The notes under the pieces are model-generated. The model was given only the letters and a program-made list of their open reading frames with translations. It made no database searches and was not told the DNA's origin. 21,882 nucleotides of DNA from Chloroflexota bacterium (GTDB lineage Bacteria > Chloroflexota > Dehalococcoidia > Lucifugimonadales > JADFKI01), in contig JAQBUT010000036.1 of the NCBI GenBank assembly GCA_027623195.1, positions 1 to 21,882 on the forward strand, written 5' to 3'. Position numbers and translations under genes: made by a program. Shown in pieces: positions 1 through 9,333 of the stretch (position 1 is its first letter; each line of letters begins with the position of its first letter).

Positions 1-70
1 CTTGTCTGAGACACAGCCGACTCTCTCTTAACGCGGCCTCTCGGTTGTCCACAGTATTGGGTCCACCTCA
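1..70 (+). mobile_element. Right end (IRR) of a probable IS3-family insertion sequence, truncated by the window edge
   Basis: 46-70 TGTCCACAGTATTGGGTCCACCTCA ends in CA. Its reverse complement TGAGGTGGACCCAATACTGTGGACA matches 21814-21838 at 16/25 positions, with the first 8 identical. 19-30 GACTCTCTCTTA is the perfect reverse complement of 21845-21856. An open frame ending in TAA at 29-31 could be the transposase C-terminus. TG...CA ends with a subterminal GGACA are typical of IS3 elements. Confidence 0.7.
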
Positions 71-352
71 GTATACCCTTTTATTTCGCCACTTTACTGT
101 CATAACGCACCCTCCAAATTCGAGGAGATTAAGTCATCGCAAAATTGCGACGATATACCTACAAACAGTATTTCATTTGAGTGTGTCGGGAAGTCTAGCG
201 GATATTGGTTCTTGGATTGAGTGTATTGGGGCGCAGCGTATGGAATGTGGAGCGTTATCCGAATGAGCGGAGTAGTTGCCCTCCATGGAAATGGCCAAAA
301 GCTCGGGTTAAATAATGGGAGGCCTCTAATACGCGTTGGGCCTGTATGTGGC

Positions 353-426
353 AAAGGAAAACCCCGCCCGCAGAACAACACCGACGCGGGGAGCCTCAAT
401 CCACGCTGGTTGCCTACGGGCGGGGT
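353..426 (-). terminator. Probable intrinsic terminator of the minus-strand gene at 489-1109
   Basis: Perfect 10-bp inverted repeat ACCCCGCCCG (361-370) / CGGGCGGGGT (417-426) with partial internal pairing. On the minus strand it is followed by TTTCCTTT. Confidence 0.5.
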
Positions 427-488
427 ATGGTTACTTATTTGTCGGCGGCGCTGAACGCCATATTAATTCAACGAACGTTCAACTACTT

Positions 489-1109
489 TTAATCGTCAAA
501 CGAGTGCAATTCGTGGGCGTCCTTGGACGTCTTGACCTTTCTCACGAATCCATCGATATTCACGATGACTATCGCGCCTTCCGTAGCGGCGTCTGATGGT
601 TTTTCAACCGTGGCCCTGTAGGTAGCGAAGCCTTCGTAGCCTTCGCCATCGATGACCTGCATTACATAGCTAGGACCCCACATTGTTTGGACTTCTCCAA
701 CTTGGACATCCCGCAAAAGTCTGAGAGGCGCGACGGCCCAACTCATCCTACCCTCGTCAATGCACCAGGCTTCGAAATCCATTCGAGGGGATGGCACCTT
801 GCAAGGCCCTCTGGTAGATATTCTCGCACCCATGAAATCATTGTATTCCAAATACACGCTCATCTGGGACCGCCTGCCGCCCACAAATTCGCCACTAGCC
901 TGAGTCAGTACAAGGTCGGTGAGGCCTGGAGTTAAGGAGTCAATAGGGCCTGTCACCCCTACGTAAGTAACGTTGAAGTTTTGGGCCCGAACCTCTGGCC
1001 CTCGAAACATAGCGTAAGCCGTGGAAGAAACTGTACCGGCAACCATAGTTATCGCCAACACGGCCACCAATACGTATGATCGTTTACGCAACATATGCCA
1101 TTTCATCAT
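489..1109 (-). CDS. Secreted hypothetical protein (206 aa) with an N-terminal signal peptide
   Basis: Start revised to ATG at 1109 because GGGAGG lies 6 nt upstream. A basic n-region (MMKWHMLRKRS), a hydrophobic stretch (YVLVAVLAITMVAG) and an AYA cleavage motif follow. The mature part looks beta-rich. No family recognised. Confidence 0.7.
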   Translation of the reverse strand: MMKWHMLRKRSYVLVAVLAITMVAGTVSSTAYAMFRGPEVRAQNFNVTYVGVTGPIDSLTPGLTDLVLTQASGEFVGGRRSQMSVYLEYNDFMGARISTRGPCKVPSPRMDFEAWCIDEGRMSWAVAPLRLLRDVQVGEVQTMWGPSYVMQVIDGEGYEGFATYRATVEKPSDAATEGAIVIVNIDGFVRKVKTSKDAHELHSFDD

Positions 1110-1422
1110 AAATCGCCTCCCCACTATTGCTGCCCGTGTTTCGTTCTGCAAAACAGAACCGACTACGTGATAAGGCAGCCCTCCACTCAGGATGTTCTCT
1201 AAACATTAGCGAATGAGACAGGCGGTAATGCGGGAATCCTGTTTGGAAAGGGTTTTGATAGAGTCGCCTGGCGGGGTTGAGAGGGTGTGCCAAAAAGATG
1301 AAGATGTAGCAAATATTTAACATATCGGTAATATTTTTGAAACAAACCGATCCCATAATAAGTTTCAGATTACAAACAAGCCTTCAGTTGATCTGAGGCA
1401 TTTAACCACGGAGGAACAGAAG

Positions 1423-1521
1423 ATGGGAATCGAAGCAGTACTAGGTGGGATCGCATTCATAGCTCTCTTCGGCATGTGGGTAGTGCTCCCGAGCAAAATG
1501 CGGAAAAATCGCTCCAAGTAG
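1423..1521 (+). CDS. Small single-pass membrane protein, 32 aa: MGIEAVLGGIAFIALFGMWVVLPSKMRKNRSK
   Basis: Read directly from the sequence; it is below the ORF-track cutoff. RBS GGAGG at 1410-1414, ATG at 1423, TAG at 1519-1521. A hydrophobic helix of about 20 residues is followed by a strongly basic tail. Confidence 0.75.
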   Translation: MGIEAVLGGIAFIALFGMWVVLPSKMRKNRSK

Positions 1522-1678
1522 CCCCTTCTTCACTCTTAAGCACAATTAAGAACTGATAATCAACGAGGCTTTTATTCTAAAGTCTCGTTGATTTTTTTGT
1601 TTCCAGGCCTAGTTGATAATATTTAATTTCGCTCGCTGCTCCGTCTTGTTCCAGTCTTACAACACGGAGCAAAATAAA

Positions 1679-1707
1679 TTGACTGCCGCATGGCTCCATG
1701 ATATCGT
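1679..1707 (+). promoter_or_regulatory. Putative sigma70-type promoter for glnII
   Basis: TTGACT (1679-1684), a 17-nt spacer, then TATCGT (1702-1707) with an extended -10 TGn. Confidence 0.55.
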
Positions 1708-1857
1708 CTACCCGGTCTATACGGCAGCAAAGGGGCATACGGTCTTGGCAATACAAATGCTTTTCGCCATGAAGGATGGCCTTTCGGCGAACTATTATTA
1801 AAATTTCTGCCCAGTCAGTGACGATTTCTACCGACCATATTAGCCCAGGAGGACAAA

Positions 1858-2859
1858 TTGAATTTCTATAAGGCAGAATACATTTGGATAGATGGATCTG
1901 AGCCAACAGCAAAGTTGAGATCCAAGACCAAGATCATTCCCATGGGCGAAGAGCCCCCTGTTTGGGGATTCGACGGTTCCAGCACTAATCAGGCTCCTGG
2001 CGAGAACTCAGACTGCGTTCTGAATCCCGTCTTCTCCTGCCCGGACCCCATTCGTGGCGATAACAACAGGCTGGTTATGTGCGAGGTTCTGCTCATCGAT
2101 ATGTCGCCACACCCGTCCAACACCAGGGCGGCCTGCGCAGCCGCCTCGGCAAAATATGCTGATTTCGACACTTGGTTCGGCATCGAACAGGAATACACCT
2201 TTTTCGATGGTTCAAGGCCCCTGGGTTGGCCTGTCAAAGGCTTCCCAGCACCTCAGGGCGGATACTACTGCGGCGTCGGCGCTGACGAGGTGTTCGGCCG
2301 TAAGGTAGTAGAGGACCACATGGAGGCTTGCCTGCAAGCGGGACTCGCCATTGCCGGCATCAACGCCGAAGTCATGCCAGCGCAGTGGGAATTCCAGATT
2401 GGCCCTGTGAACGCACTGGCTGCCTCTGACCACCTTTGGCTAGCCCGATGGTTGCTTTACCGTATAGGAGAGGACCACGACGTCAGCGCGACCCTGGACC
2501 CCAAGCCCGTTCACGGCGACTGGAACGGCGCGGGAGCTCATACCAACTTCTCCACCAGGCAGATGCGCGAGAACTATAAGGCTTGCGTGGACGCCGCAGA
2601 AGCCCTAGGAACCAGAGCCGAGCTTCACGTGGCCAACTACGGTCATCGGATTGAGGAACGACTTACCGGTCAGCACGAGACGGCGTCTTTCCGCGATTAC
2701 AGCTACGGGGTTTCTAACAGAGGGGCCTCCGTACGGATACCCTGGCAGGTACATCGAGACCAAAAGGGTTACATCGAGGACCGCCGGCCGAACGCCAACT
2801 GCGATCCCTACACGGTGACCCGACTAATAATCGAGACCGTTTGCGGAGCTGCCTCCTAA
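1858..2859 (+). CDS. glnII: Glutamine synthetase type II
   Basis: 333 aa with AEYIWIDG, LRSKTK, WGFDGSSTNQAPG, FGIEQEY, PQGGYYCGVG, GINAEVMPAQWEFQIGP, GDWNGAGAHTNFST, RLTGQHET, NRGASVRIP and YIEDRRP. TTG start with RBS AGGAGG at 1847-1852. Confidence 0.97.
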   Translation: MNFYKAEYIWIDGSEPTAKLRSKTKIIPMGEEPPVWGFDGSSTNQAPGENSDCVLNPVFSCPDPIRGDNNRLVMCEVLLIDMSPHPSNTRAACAAASAKYADFDTWFGIEQEYTFFDGSRPLGWPVKGFPAPQGGYYCGVGADEVFGRKVVEDHMEACLQAGLAIAGINAEVMPAQWEFQIGPVNALAASDHLWLARWLLYRIGEDHDVSATLDPKPVHGDWNGAGAHTNFSTRQMRENYKACVDAAEALGTRAELHVANYGHRIEERLTGQHETASFRDYSYGVSNRGASVRIPWQVHRDQKGYIEDRRPNANCDPYTVTRLIIETVCGAAS

Positions 2860-2879
2860 AAGCCAAGTCAGAAGAGACT

Positions 2880-2937
2880 AAACGAGGAGTCTGCGCCGTC
2901 CAGGCCCAAGCGGCAATGCAGACTCCTCGTTTCTATT
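2880..2937 (+). terminator. Long stem-loop after glnII, probable terminator
   Basis: 15-bp perfect stem AAACGAGGAGTCTGC (2880-2894) / GCAGACTCCTCGTTT (2918-2932) with an inner GCCG/CGGC pair, running into TTTCTATT. Confidence 0.7.
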
Positions 2938-3042
2938 AACGAAACTGGACTGACAGTAAGCCAACGCTTTTTCCGCGTTGGCTCATGAGAAGGATATCGC
3001 TCCGCCATGCGGTGGAGGGCGGCGCGGCGCTACGAAAATTAT

Positions 3043-3071
3043 TTGACACAATTTTCACAAGCTGCTATATT
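3043..3071 (+). promoter_or_regulatory. Near-consensus sigma70 promoter for glnA
   Basis: TTGACA (3043-3048), a 17-nt spacer, then TATATT (3066-3071) preceded by TGn. Confidence 0.8.
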
Positions 3072-3196
3072 TCGTTCAATACTTTTATGTAACGTTAAGC
3101 TGGGTAAAGTGAACCCTTCCCTCCCATAGTACACGGGTAAGTGCGCTAGACCTAATCCCATATAAACCATCCAAAATTCGTTTTAGGCAGTCATCT

Positions 3197-4534
3197 ATGG
3201 TGGTAGGCGACCCGGACGCAATTGAATTCGTTCTACACGAAGCCCGAGAGAATGACGTTAAGTTTATTCGACTCTGGTTCGCGGATATCCTCGGCAACCT
3301 CAAAGGCTTTGCAATAACAGTTGAGGAGTTAGAGGGTGCCCTAAGGCGTGGTATGGGTTTCGATGGATCCGCCATACAAGGCTTCACCCGGTCCGACGAA
3401 AGGGACCTGTACGCGCTGCCTGACCCCAACACCTTTAGTATTCTGCCCTGGAGGCCCCGCACCAACGCCGTGGCCCGCATGTTCTGCGACATCATGACGC
3501 CGGACGAGCTGCCGTTTGAGGGAGACCCAAGGGCTGTGCTCCGTCGAAATTTGGAACGCGCGTCCAAGATGGGATTCACGTATTATGTGGGCCCCGAAAT
3601 GGAGTACTTTTATTTCAAAAATTCTTCCACTACCGAGCCGCTGGACCACGGAAGCTACTTCGACCAAGACGCTACGGACCTTTCGACGGACCTGAGAAGG
3701 CAGTCGGTACTTACGCTGGAGGACCTGGGCATACCAGTGGAGTCCAGCCATCACGAGGTGGCCTCTAGTCAACACGAAATTGATCTTCGACACACAGACG
3801 CTCTGACCATGGCGGATACAGTGATGACATACCGCCTCGTCATAAAAGAGATAGCCCGACAAAACGACTGCTACGCAACCTTCATGCCCAAGCCTATACC
3901 TGGCGTGAACGGAAGCGGCATGCATACGCATCAGTCGCTTTTCAAGGGCGAAAATAACGTCTTCTACTCTGCGGACGATGAAAACAAACTCTCCGACGTC
4001 GCCAAGTACTTTGTGGCGGGCCTCATGCGGCACGCCCGGGAGATAACCTCCGTTACGAATCAGTGGGTCAACTCGTACAAACGGCTTGTTCCTCAGTTCG
4101 AAGCCCCGACATTCGTCACATGGGCCACTGTCAATCGCGCAGACCTTATTCGCGTCCCGTCGTTCAAGACCGGCCGCGAGGAGTCACGGCGCATCGAGTA
4201 CCGCTCACCAGACGCAGCCTGCAATCCATATCTGGCATTCAGCGTGATGCTGGCGGCTGGCCTGGAGGGCATCGAAAAGAAATACGAACTTCCCGCGCCA
4301 TCGCAGTCCAACGTTTACGAGATGAGCAAAGCAGAACGTGAGGACCTGGGAATAGAGCAGTTGCCTCGAAATCTCTGGGAGGCAATCCAGATCACCGAGG
4401 GTAGCGAACTTGTCAGGAAAGCGCTGGGCGACCAGGTATTCAACAGTTTCATAAATAACAAGATGATTGAGTGGGAACAGTACCACTCCCACGTGGCCGA
4501 CCACGAGGTCTCCAGATACCTGCCGCTTCTCTAG
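3197..4534 (+). CDS. glnA: Glutamine synthetase type I (short GSI-alpha/GlnA2-like form)
   Basis: 445 aa with KFIRLWFADILG, GFDGSA, GPEMEYF, HHEVASSQHEID, ATFMPKP, NGSGMHTHQS, NSYKRLVPQFEAP, NR..LIRVP and IEYRSPDAACNPY. Confidence 0.92.
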   Translation: MVVGDPDAIEFVLHEARENDVKFIRLWFADILGNLKGFAITVEELEGALRRGMGFDGSAIQGFTRSDERDLYALPDPNTFSILPWRPRTNAVARMFCDIMTPDELPFEGDPRAVLRRNLERASKMGFTYYVGPEMEYFYFKNSSTTEPLDHGSYFDQDATDLSTDLRRQSVLTLEDLGIPVESSHHEVASSQHEIDLRHTDALTMADTVMTYRLVIKEIARQNDCYATFMPKPIPGVNGSGMHTHQSLFKGENNVFYSADDENKLSDVAKYFVAGLMRHAREITSVTNQWVNSYKRLVPQFEAPTFVTWATVNRADLIRVPSFKTGREESRRIEYRSPDAACNPYLAFSVMLAAGLEGIEKKYELPAPSQSNVYEMSKAEREDLGIEQLPRNLWEAIQITEGSELVRKALGDQVFNSFINNKMIEWEQYHSHVADHEVSRYLPLL

Positions 4535-4682
4535 CCGTTTCAGGCTAGAATTCCACAAAACGGACTCCGGACGGCCTGGAGGGCGGATATATGTGCATTT
4601 AGCCATCAGTCGTCATAAAATTGAACGGTTAATTGTCGAATTTTAATTAAAAAGCAAAAAGGGATAATGATTTCGTATCGGG

Positions 4683-7600
4683 ATGAATAGAATGGTTGAA
4701 CAGTACGTACCGAAGCTTACAAAACAGGGCCTTTACGATCCCAGGTTCGAGCACGATGCCTGTGGGGTCGGTATGGTGGCCAACGTAAAAGGCGTGAAGT
4801 CCCACTCCGTGGTGAAACAGGGACTAGAGGTACTGTGCAATCTGGAGCATCGAGGAGCCCGAGGCGCTGATCCTGAAACAGGCGATGGCGCGGGGGTTCT
4901 TATACAGATGCCCCATGGCTTTTTCGCTACCCAGTGCTCCGACCTAGGCATGGAGCTACCGGAACCCGGCCACTACGCCGTTGGCATGACGTTTATGCCA
5001 CGAAAAGCCGAAATCCAGCAGGCGATAGAGAAACACATTAGAGATATCGTGGAACGCGAGGGTCAGGCCTTCCTGGGCTGGCGTGAAGTGCCGGTTTCCC
5101 CTAACGAGATAGGCTCTCTATCGGCATCCGTTATGCCAGCAATACGCCAGTTTTTCGTAGGGCGCGCCAGCGACCTAGCCGACGAATCAGCCTTCGAGCT
5201 TAAGCTGTACCTGATTCGCAGGCAGATTGAAGAAGCGGTGGCTCAGTCTGATTCGGACGCGACCGACGAATTCTACATCTGTAGCCTTTCTTCAAACAAG
5301 ATCGTTTACAAGGGTCTGATTGTGGCATCCCAATTGGAGAGGTTCTACCACGATCTGGCCGATGAGGACCTGATAACCTCTTTCGCACTTGTCCACTCCA
5401 GGTTCAGCACCAATACGTTGGGCACTTGGAAATTGGCCCATCCTTACCGATTCGTCATCCACAACGGCGAGATCAACACTCTTCGTGGCAACATTAACTG
5501 GATGGCAGCTCGGCAGCATATGTTCTCCTCCGAGGCCCTGGGACAGGACATCAAGAAACTGCTCCCGATTATAAGCACGGGTGTACAGAGCGACACGGCG
5601 AGCTTCGACAATGGCCTGGAGCTGCTAATGGCCACCGGACGCTCTCTGCCCCACAGCCTTATGATGATGATGCCCGAGGCCTGGGGCGATCACCTACCCA
5701 TGGACCAGGCGAAGAAGGATTTTTACGAGTATCACTCCTGCCTGATGGAGCCCTGGGACGGTCCGGCCCTCATTATCGGTACCGACGGCACGCAGGTCTG
5801 CGGAGTGTTGGACAGGAACGGCCTCAGGCCCTGCCGCTACCTTGTAACAACGGACGATCTACTAGTTATGGCCTCCGAGACTGGAGTACTGGACGTTCCA
5901 CCGGAGAAGGTGCTTTTCAAGGACCGGATTCGGCCAGGGCGCATGTTCCTTCTGGACACAGAAGAGGGCCGACTGGTAGACGACGACGAGTTGAAGCGCC
6001 GCCTGTCAACCCAGAAGCCTTATGGCAAATGGATTCAAGACAATCGGACTCGTCTGTCCGACCTGCCTGACCCTTCGACAAAGACACCGGCGAACTTCGA
6101 CACGCTGGTGGCCCGTCAGAAGGCTTTCGGCTATACCCTGGAAGATCTGCGCATGATAATGGAACCCATGGCTGCAACCGGCGGCGAGCCCACCGGATCC
6201 ATGGGCAACGACACTCCACTTGCGGTGCTTTCCGACAAGGAGCCGCTGCTTTTCAATTACTTCAAGCAGCTTTTCGCCCAAGTCAGCAACCCGCCGCTGG
6301 ACGCCATACGTGAGGAACTGGTGACTTCGCTTTCCGCCACTATAGGCGCGGAGGAGAACCTGTTCGCTGAAACCCCGGAGCACAGTCGCCAGTTACGTCT
6401 GGACGGGCCTGTAATCACGAATACTGAGATGGAAAAAATACGTGAGCTGAACAAACGGGGGCTTCGCACAAAGACTATCTCGACTCTGTTCGCGCCGGAA
6501 GACGGCGAAGGCGCCATGAAAAAGGCCATGGATCGTGTGTGCAAAGAGGCGTCCCAGGCGTTAAAGGATGAGTACACCATCCTGGTGCTTTCGGACCGTG
6601 GAGTAGACGCGGAGCATGCCCCGATTCCCAGCATGTTGGCCACGGCCGGCGTTCACCACCACCTGATAAGGGAAGGCACCCGCACAAAGGTGGGCCTGGT
6701 GGTTGAAACGGGTGAGGCACGGGAAGTGGCACACTTCGCTCTGCTCGTGGGCTACGGCGCTGGAGCCATCAACCCCTACCTGGCTTTCGAAACCCTGGCA
6801 AACATGGTCCACGAGTCAAGCTTCCTGACCACTAAACTTGACTATAAAACCGCCGAATCCAACTATATAAAAGCCTCGGACAAGGGAATCCTAAAGATAA
6901 TATCCAAGATGGGTATCTCGACCATCCAGGGCTACCGAGGGGCCCAGATTTTCGAAGCGGTCGGTCTCCACGAGCAGTTCGTAGAGCAGTACTTCAGCGG
7001 GACCTCTTCCAGGATAAGCGGCATCGGCATCAACGAGGTGGAAGAGGAGTCGCGCCGGCGACACGCCTTCGCCTACGTCGATCTGAATCTAATAGGCGAG
7101 CGTGACCTGAAATCCGGAGGGGCTTACCAGTGGCGTCGCGACGGGGAATACCACATGTGGAACCCCGAAACCATTGCCAGGCTCCAACACGCCACAAAGA
7201 CCAACAGTTGGGAATCGTATCAGCAGTTCGCCGAATCGGCCAATGGCTTTAGCAAGAACCTGTACACGATACGAGGCTTGCTGGAGTTCAAGAACGCAGA
7301 CAATCCTATCCCTATCGACGAGGTAGAACCGGCCAAAGAGATCGTCAAGCGTTTCGCCACGGGGGCAATATCGCTTGGTTCCATCAGCCGCGAGGCGCAT
7401 GAGACATTGGCAATAGCCATGAATCGCATAGACGCCCGCAGCAACACGGGTGAAGGTGGCGAAGACTGGCACCGGTACACCCCCGACCCGAACGGCGACT
7501 CTCGAAATAGTGCCATGAAACAGGTGGCGTCGGGCCGCTTTGGCGTGACGATCAACTATTTAGCCAACGCTAAAGACCTGCAAATCAAGATGGCGCAGGG

Positions 7601-9245
7601 CTCCAAACCGGGAGAAGGGGGCCAGCTTCCAGGACATAAGGTTGACGAGTACATCGGATGGGTGCGTAGTTCCACGCCCGGCGTCGAGTTGATCTCGCCG
7701 CCACCTCATCACGATATCTACTCCATTGAGGACCTGGCACAGCTGATACACGATCTTAAGAACGCCAACCCCACTGCCCGTATCCACGTTAAGCTGGTTG
7801 CGGAAGCTGGCGTAGGCACAATCGCAGCGGGCGTGTCCAAGGGCCACGCCGACGTGGTGCTCATCAGCGGCGATAGTGGAGGCACAGGGGCCTCACCGGA
7901 ATCGTCTATCAAGCACACAGGGCTTCCCTGGGAATTAGGCCTGGCCGAAACCCAGCAGGTATTGGTGCTGAACAACCTTCGCGGACGCATCGTCGTTCAG
8001 ACCGACGGCCAGCTCAAAACAGGTCGAGACGTCGCCATAGCCTGCCTGCTTGGCGCAGAGGAGTTCGGTATGGCCACGGCCCCGCTGATATCCATGGGCT
8101 GCATTATGCTTCGCAAATGCCACTTGAACACCTGTTCCGTGGGCATCGCGACCCAAGACCCAGACCTTCGAAAGATGTTCGCCGGTAAACCTGAATACGC
8201 TGTCAACTACTTCTTCTTTGTGGCCGAGGAGCTTCGCCAGATAATGGCGAAAATGGGCTTCCGGACCATAAATGAGATGGTGGGCCGTATGGACAGGCTC
8301 GACTCAGGAGACGCCTCTGAGCATTGGAAGGCAAAGGACTTGGACTTCTCGGCGCTGCTGTACAAGCCCGACGTTCCCGACAGCGTGGCGACCTATTGTA
8401 AAGAGAAGCAAGACCACTCCCTGGAGAGGGCGCTGGACAATAAGCTTATCGAGATGTGCAGGGACGCCATTGATTTCAAGAAGCCTACAACGCTAAACAT
8501 GGCAATTCGCAACGGCAATCGCACTGTGGGCACGACCCTCAGCTACGAAATTGCCAAGAAATATGGTGAGGACGGCCTACCGGACGACACCATCACTATC
8601 AACTTCAAAGGCTCGGCTGGCCAGAGCTTTGCCGCGTTTCTGGCCAAGGGCGTGACCATGAACATCAAGGGCGACACCAACGACTACTTCGGCAAGGGTC
8701 TCTCTGGCGGTAAGATTACTATCACCCCGCCAACGGAGGCGACGTACAAGCCCGAGGAGAGCATCCTGGTGGGCAACGTGGTCCTTTACGGAGCCACCAA
8801 GGGCAAGGCCTTCATTCGTGGAGTGGCCGGTGAGCGGTTCGCTGTCCGAAACAGCGGCGCACAGGCAGTGGTGGAGGGCGTCGGCGACCACGGCTGCGAG
8901 TACATGACCAGCGGCACGGTAGTGGTCTTGGGCCCCACTGGACGAAACTTCGCCGCGGGCATGAGCGGCGGGCAGGCCTTCGTTCTGGACGAAAAGGACG
9001 TTTTCGAAAGCATGTGCAATAAGGGCATGGTCGGCTTGGGCAAGGTTGAGACGGAGGAGGACGAAAGCCTCCTTCGTGGACTTATTCAGGAGCATCTTGA
9101 CCTGACAGGCAGCGTCAATGCTAAACGGATCATCGAGAACTGGAATGCCATGCGTCCAAAGTTCGTCAAGGTAATGCCCCACGATTACAAGCGCGTGCTA
9201 GAAGAACGAAGAAGATCTCAAGAGGCGGTCTCTGCGGCTGATTAA
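4683..9245 (+). CDS. gltB: Glutamate synthase large subunit
   Basis: 1520 aa with the Ntn amidotransferase EHDA^CGVG, HSRFSTNT, HNGEINT, EPWDGPA, SNTGEGGE, AQGSKPGEGGQLPG, the 3Fe-4S motif GCIMLRKCHLNTCSVGIATQ and a C-terminal GXGXG domain. Confidence 0.98.
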   Translation: MNRMVEQYVPKLTKQGLYDPRFEHDACGVGMVANVKGVKSHSVVKQGLEVLCNLEHRGARGADPETGDGAGVLIQMPHGFFATQCSDLGMELPEPGHYAVGMTFMPRKAEIQQAIEKHIRDIVEREGQAFLGWREVPVSPNEIGSLSASVMPAIRQFFVGRASDLADESAFELKLYLIRRQIEEAVAQSDSDATDEFYICSLSSNKIVYKGLIVASQLERFYHDLADEDLITSFALVHSRFSTNTLGTWKLAHPYRFVIHNGEINTLRGNINWMAARQHMFSSEALGQDIKKLLPIISTGVQSDTASFDNGLELLMATGRSLPHSLMMMMPEAWGDHLPMDQAKKDFYEYHSCLMEPWDGPALIIGTDGTQVCGVLDRNGLRPCRYLVTTDDLLVMASETGVLDVPPEKVLFKDRIRPGRMFLLDTEEGRLVDDDELKRRLSTQKPYGKWIQDNRTRLSDLPDPSTKTPANFDTLVARQKAFGYTLEDLRMIMEPMAATGGEPTGSMGNDTPLAVLSDKEPLLFNYFKQLFAQVSNPPLDAIREELVTSLSATIGAEENLFAETPEHSRQLRLDGPVITNTEMEKIRELNKRGLRTKTISTLFAPEDGEGAMKKAMDRVCKEASQALKDEYTILVLSDRGVDAEHAPIPSMLATAGVHHHLIREGTRTKVGLVVETGEAREVAHFALLVGYGAGAINPYLAFETLANMVHESSFLTTKLDYKTAESNYIKASDKGILKIISKMGISTIQGYRGAQIFEAVGLHEQFVEQYFSGTSSRISGIGINEVEEESRRRHAFAYVDLNLIGERDLKSGGAYQWRRDGEYHMWNPETIARLQHATKTNSWESYQQFAESANGFSKNLYTIRGLLEFKNADNPIPIDEVEPAKEIVKRFATGAISLGSISREAHETLAIAMNRIDARSNTGEGGEDWHRYTPDPNGDSRNSAMKQVASGRFGVTINYLANAKDLQIKMAQGSKPGEGGQLPGHKVDEYIGWVRSSTPGVELISPPPHHDIYSIEDLAQLIHDLKNANPTARIHVKLVAEAGVGTIAAGVSKGHADVVLISGDSGGTGASPESSIKHTGLPWELGLAETQQVLVLNNLRGRIVVQTDGQLKTGRDVAIACLLGAEEFGMATAPLISMGCIMLRKCHLNTCSVGIATQDPDLRKMFAGKPEYAVNYFFFVAEELRQIMAKMGFRTINEMVGRMDRLDSGDASEHWKAKDLDFSALLYKPDVPDSVATYCKEKQDHSLERALDNKLIEMCRDAIDFKKPTTLNMAIRNGNRTVGTTLSYEIAKKYGEDGLPDDTITINFKGSAGQSFAAFLAKGVTMNIKGDTNDYFGKGLSGGKITITPPTEATYKPEESILVGNVVLYGATKGKAFIRGVAGERFAVRNSGAQAVVEGVGDHGCEYMTSGTVVVLGPTGRNFAAGMSGGQAFVLDEKDVFESMCNKGMVGLGKVETEEDESLLRGLIQEHLDLTGSVNAKRIIENWNAMRPKFVKVMPHDYKRVLEERRRSQEAVSAAD

Positions 9246-9286
9246 CAGGCCCTTGTGTTGGCTCGGCTCGGATTTACGGGGCTGAT

Positions 9287-9301
9287 CCCAGGCAAAAGTA
9301 C
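9287..9301 (+). repeat. 15-bp intergenic motif CCCAGGCAAAAGTAC, copy 1 (candidate regulator site upstream of gltD)
   Basis: An identical 15-mer lies at 15124-15138; both copies are intergenic. Confidence 0.6.
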
Positions 9302-9333
9302 CCCTTGATCTAGATAATGGTAGAAGAGGCAGA

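Noticed and set aside
45..596. Short overlapping ORFs (45-266, 100-399, 221-454, 336-596)
   Set aside because: They have no convincing RBS or family motifs, and they overlap the IS end, the terminator hairpin or the real minus-strand gene.
1577..1912. ORFs 1613-1801 (+) and 1577-1912 (-) as leader peptides
   Set aside because: They have no RBS, span the predicted promoter and show no regulatory codon run.
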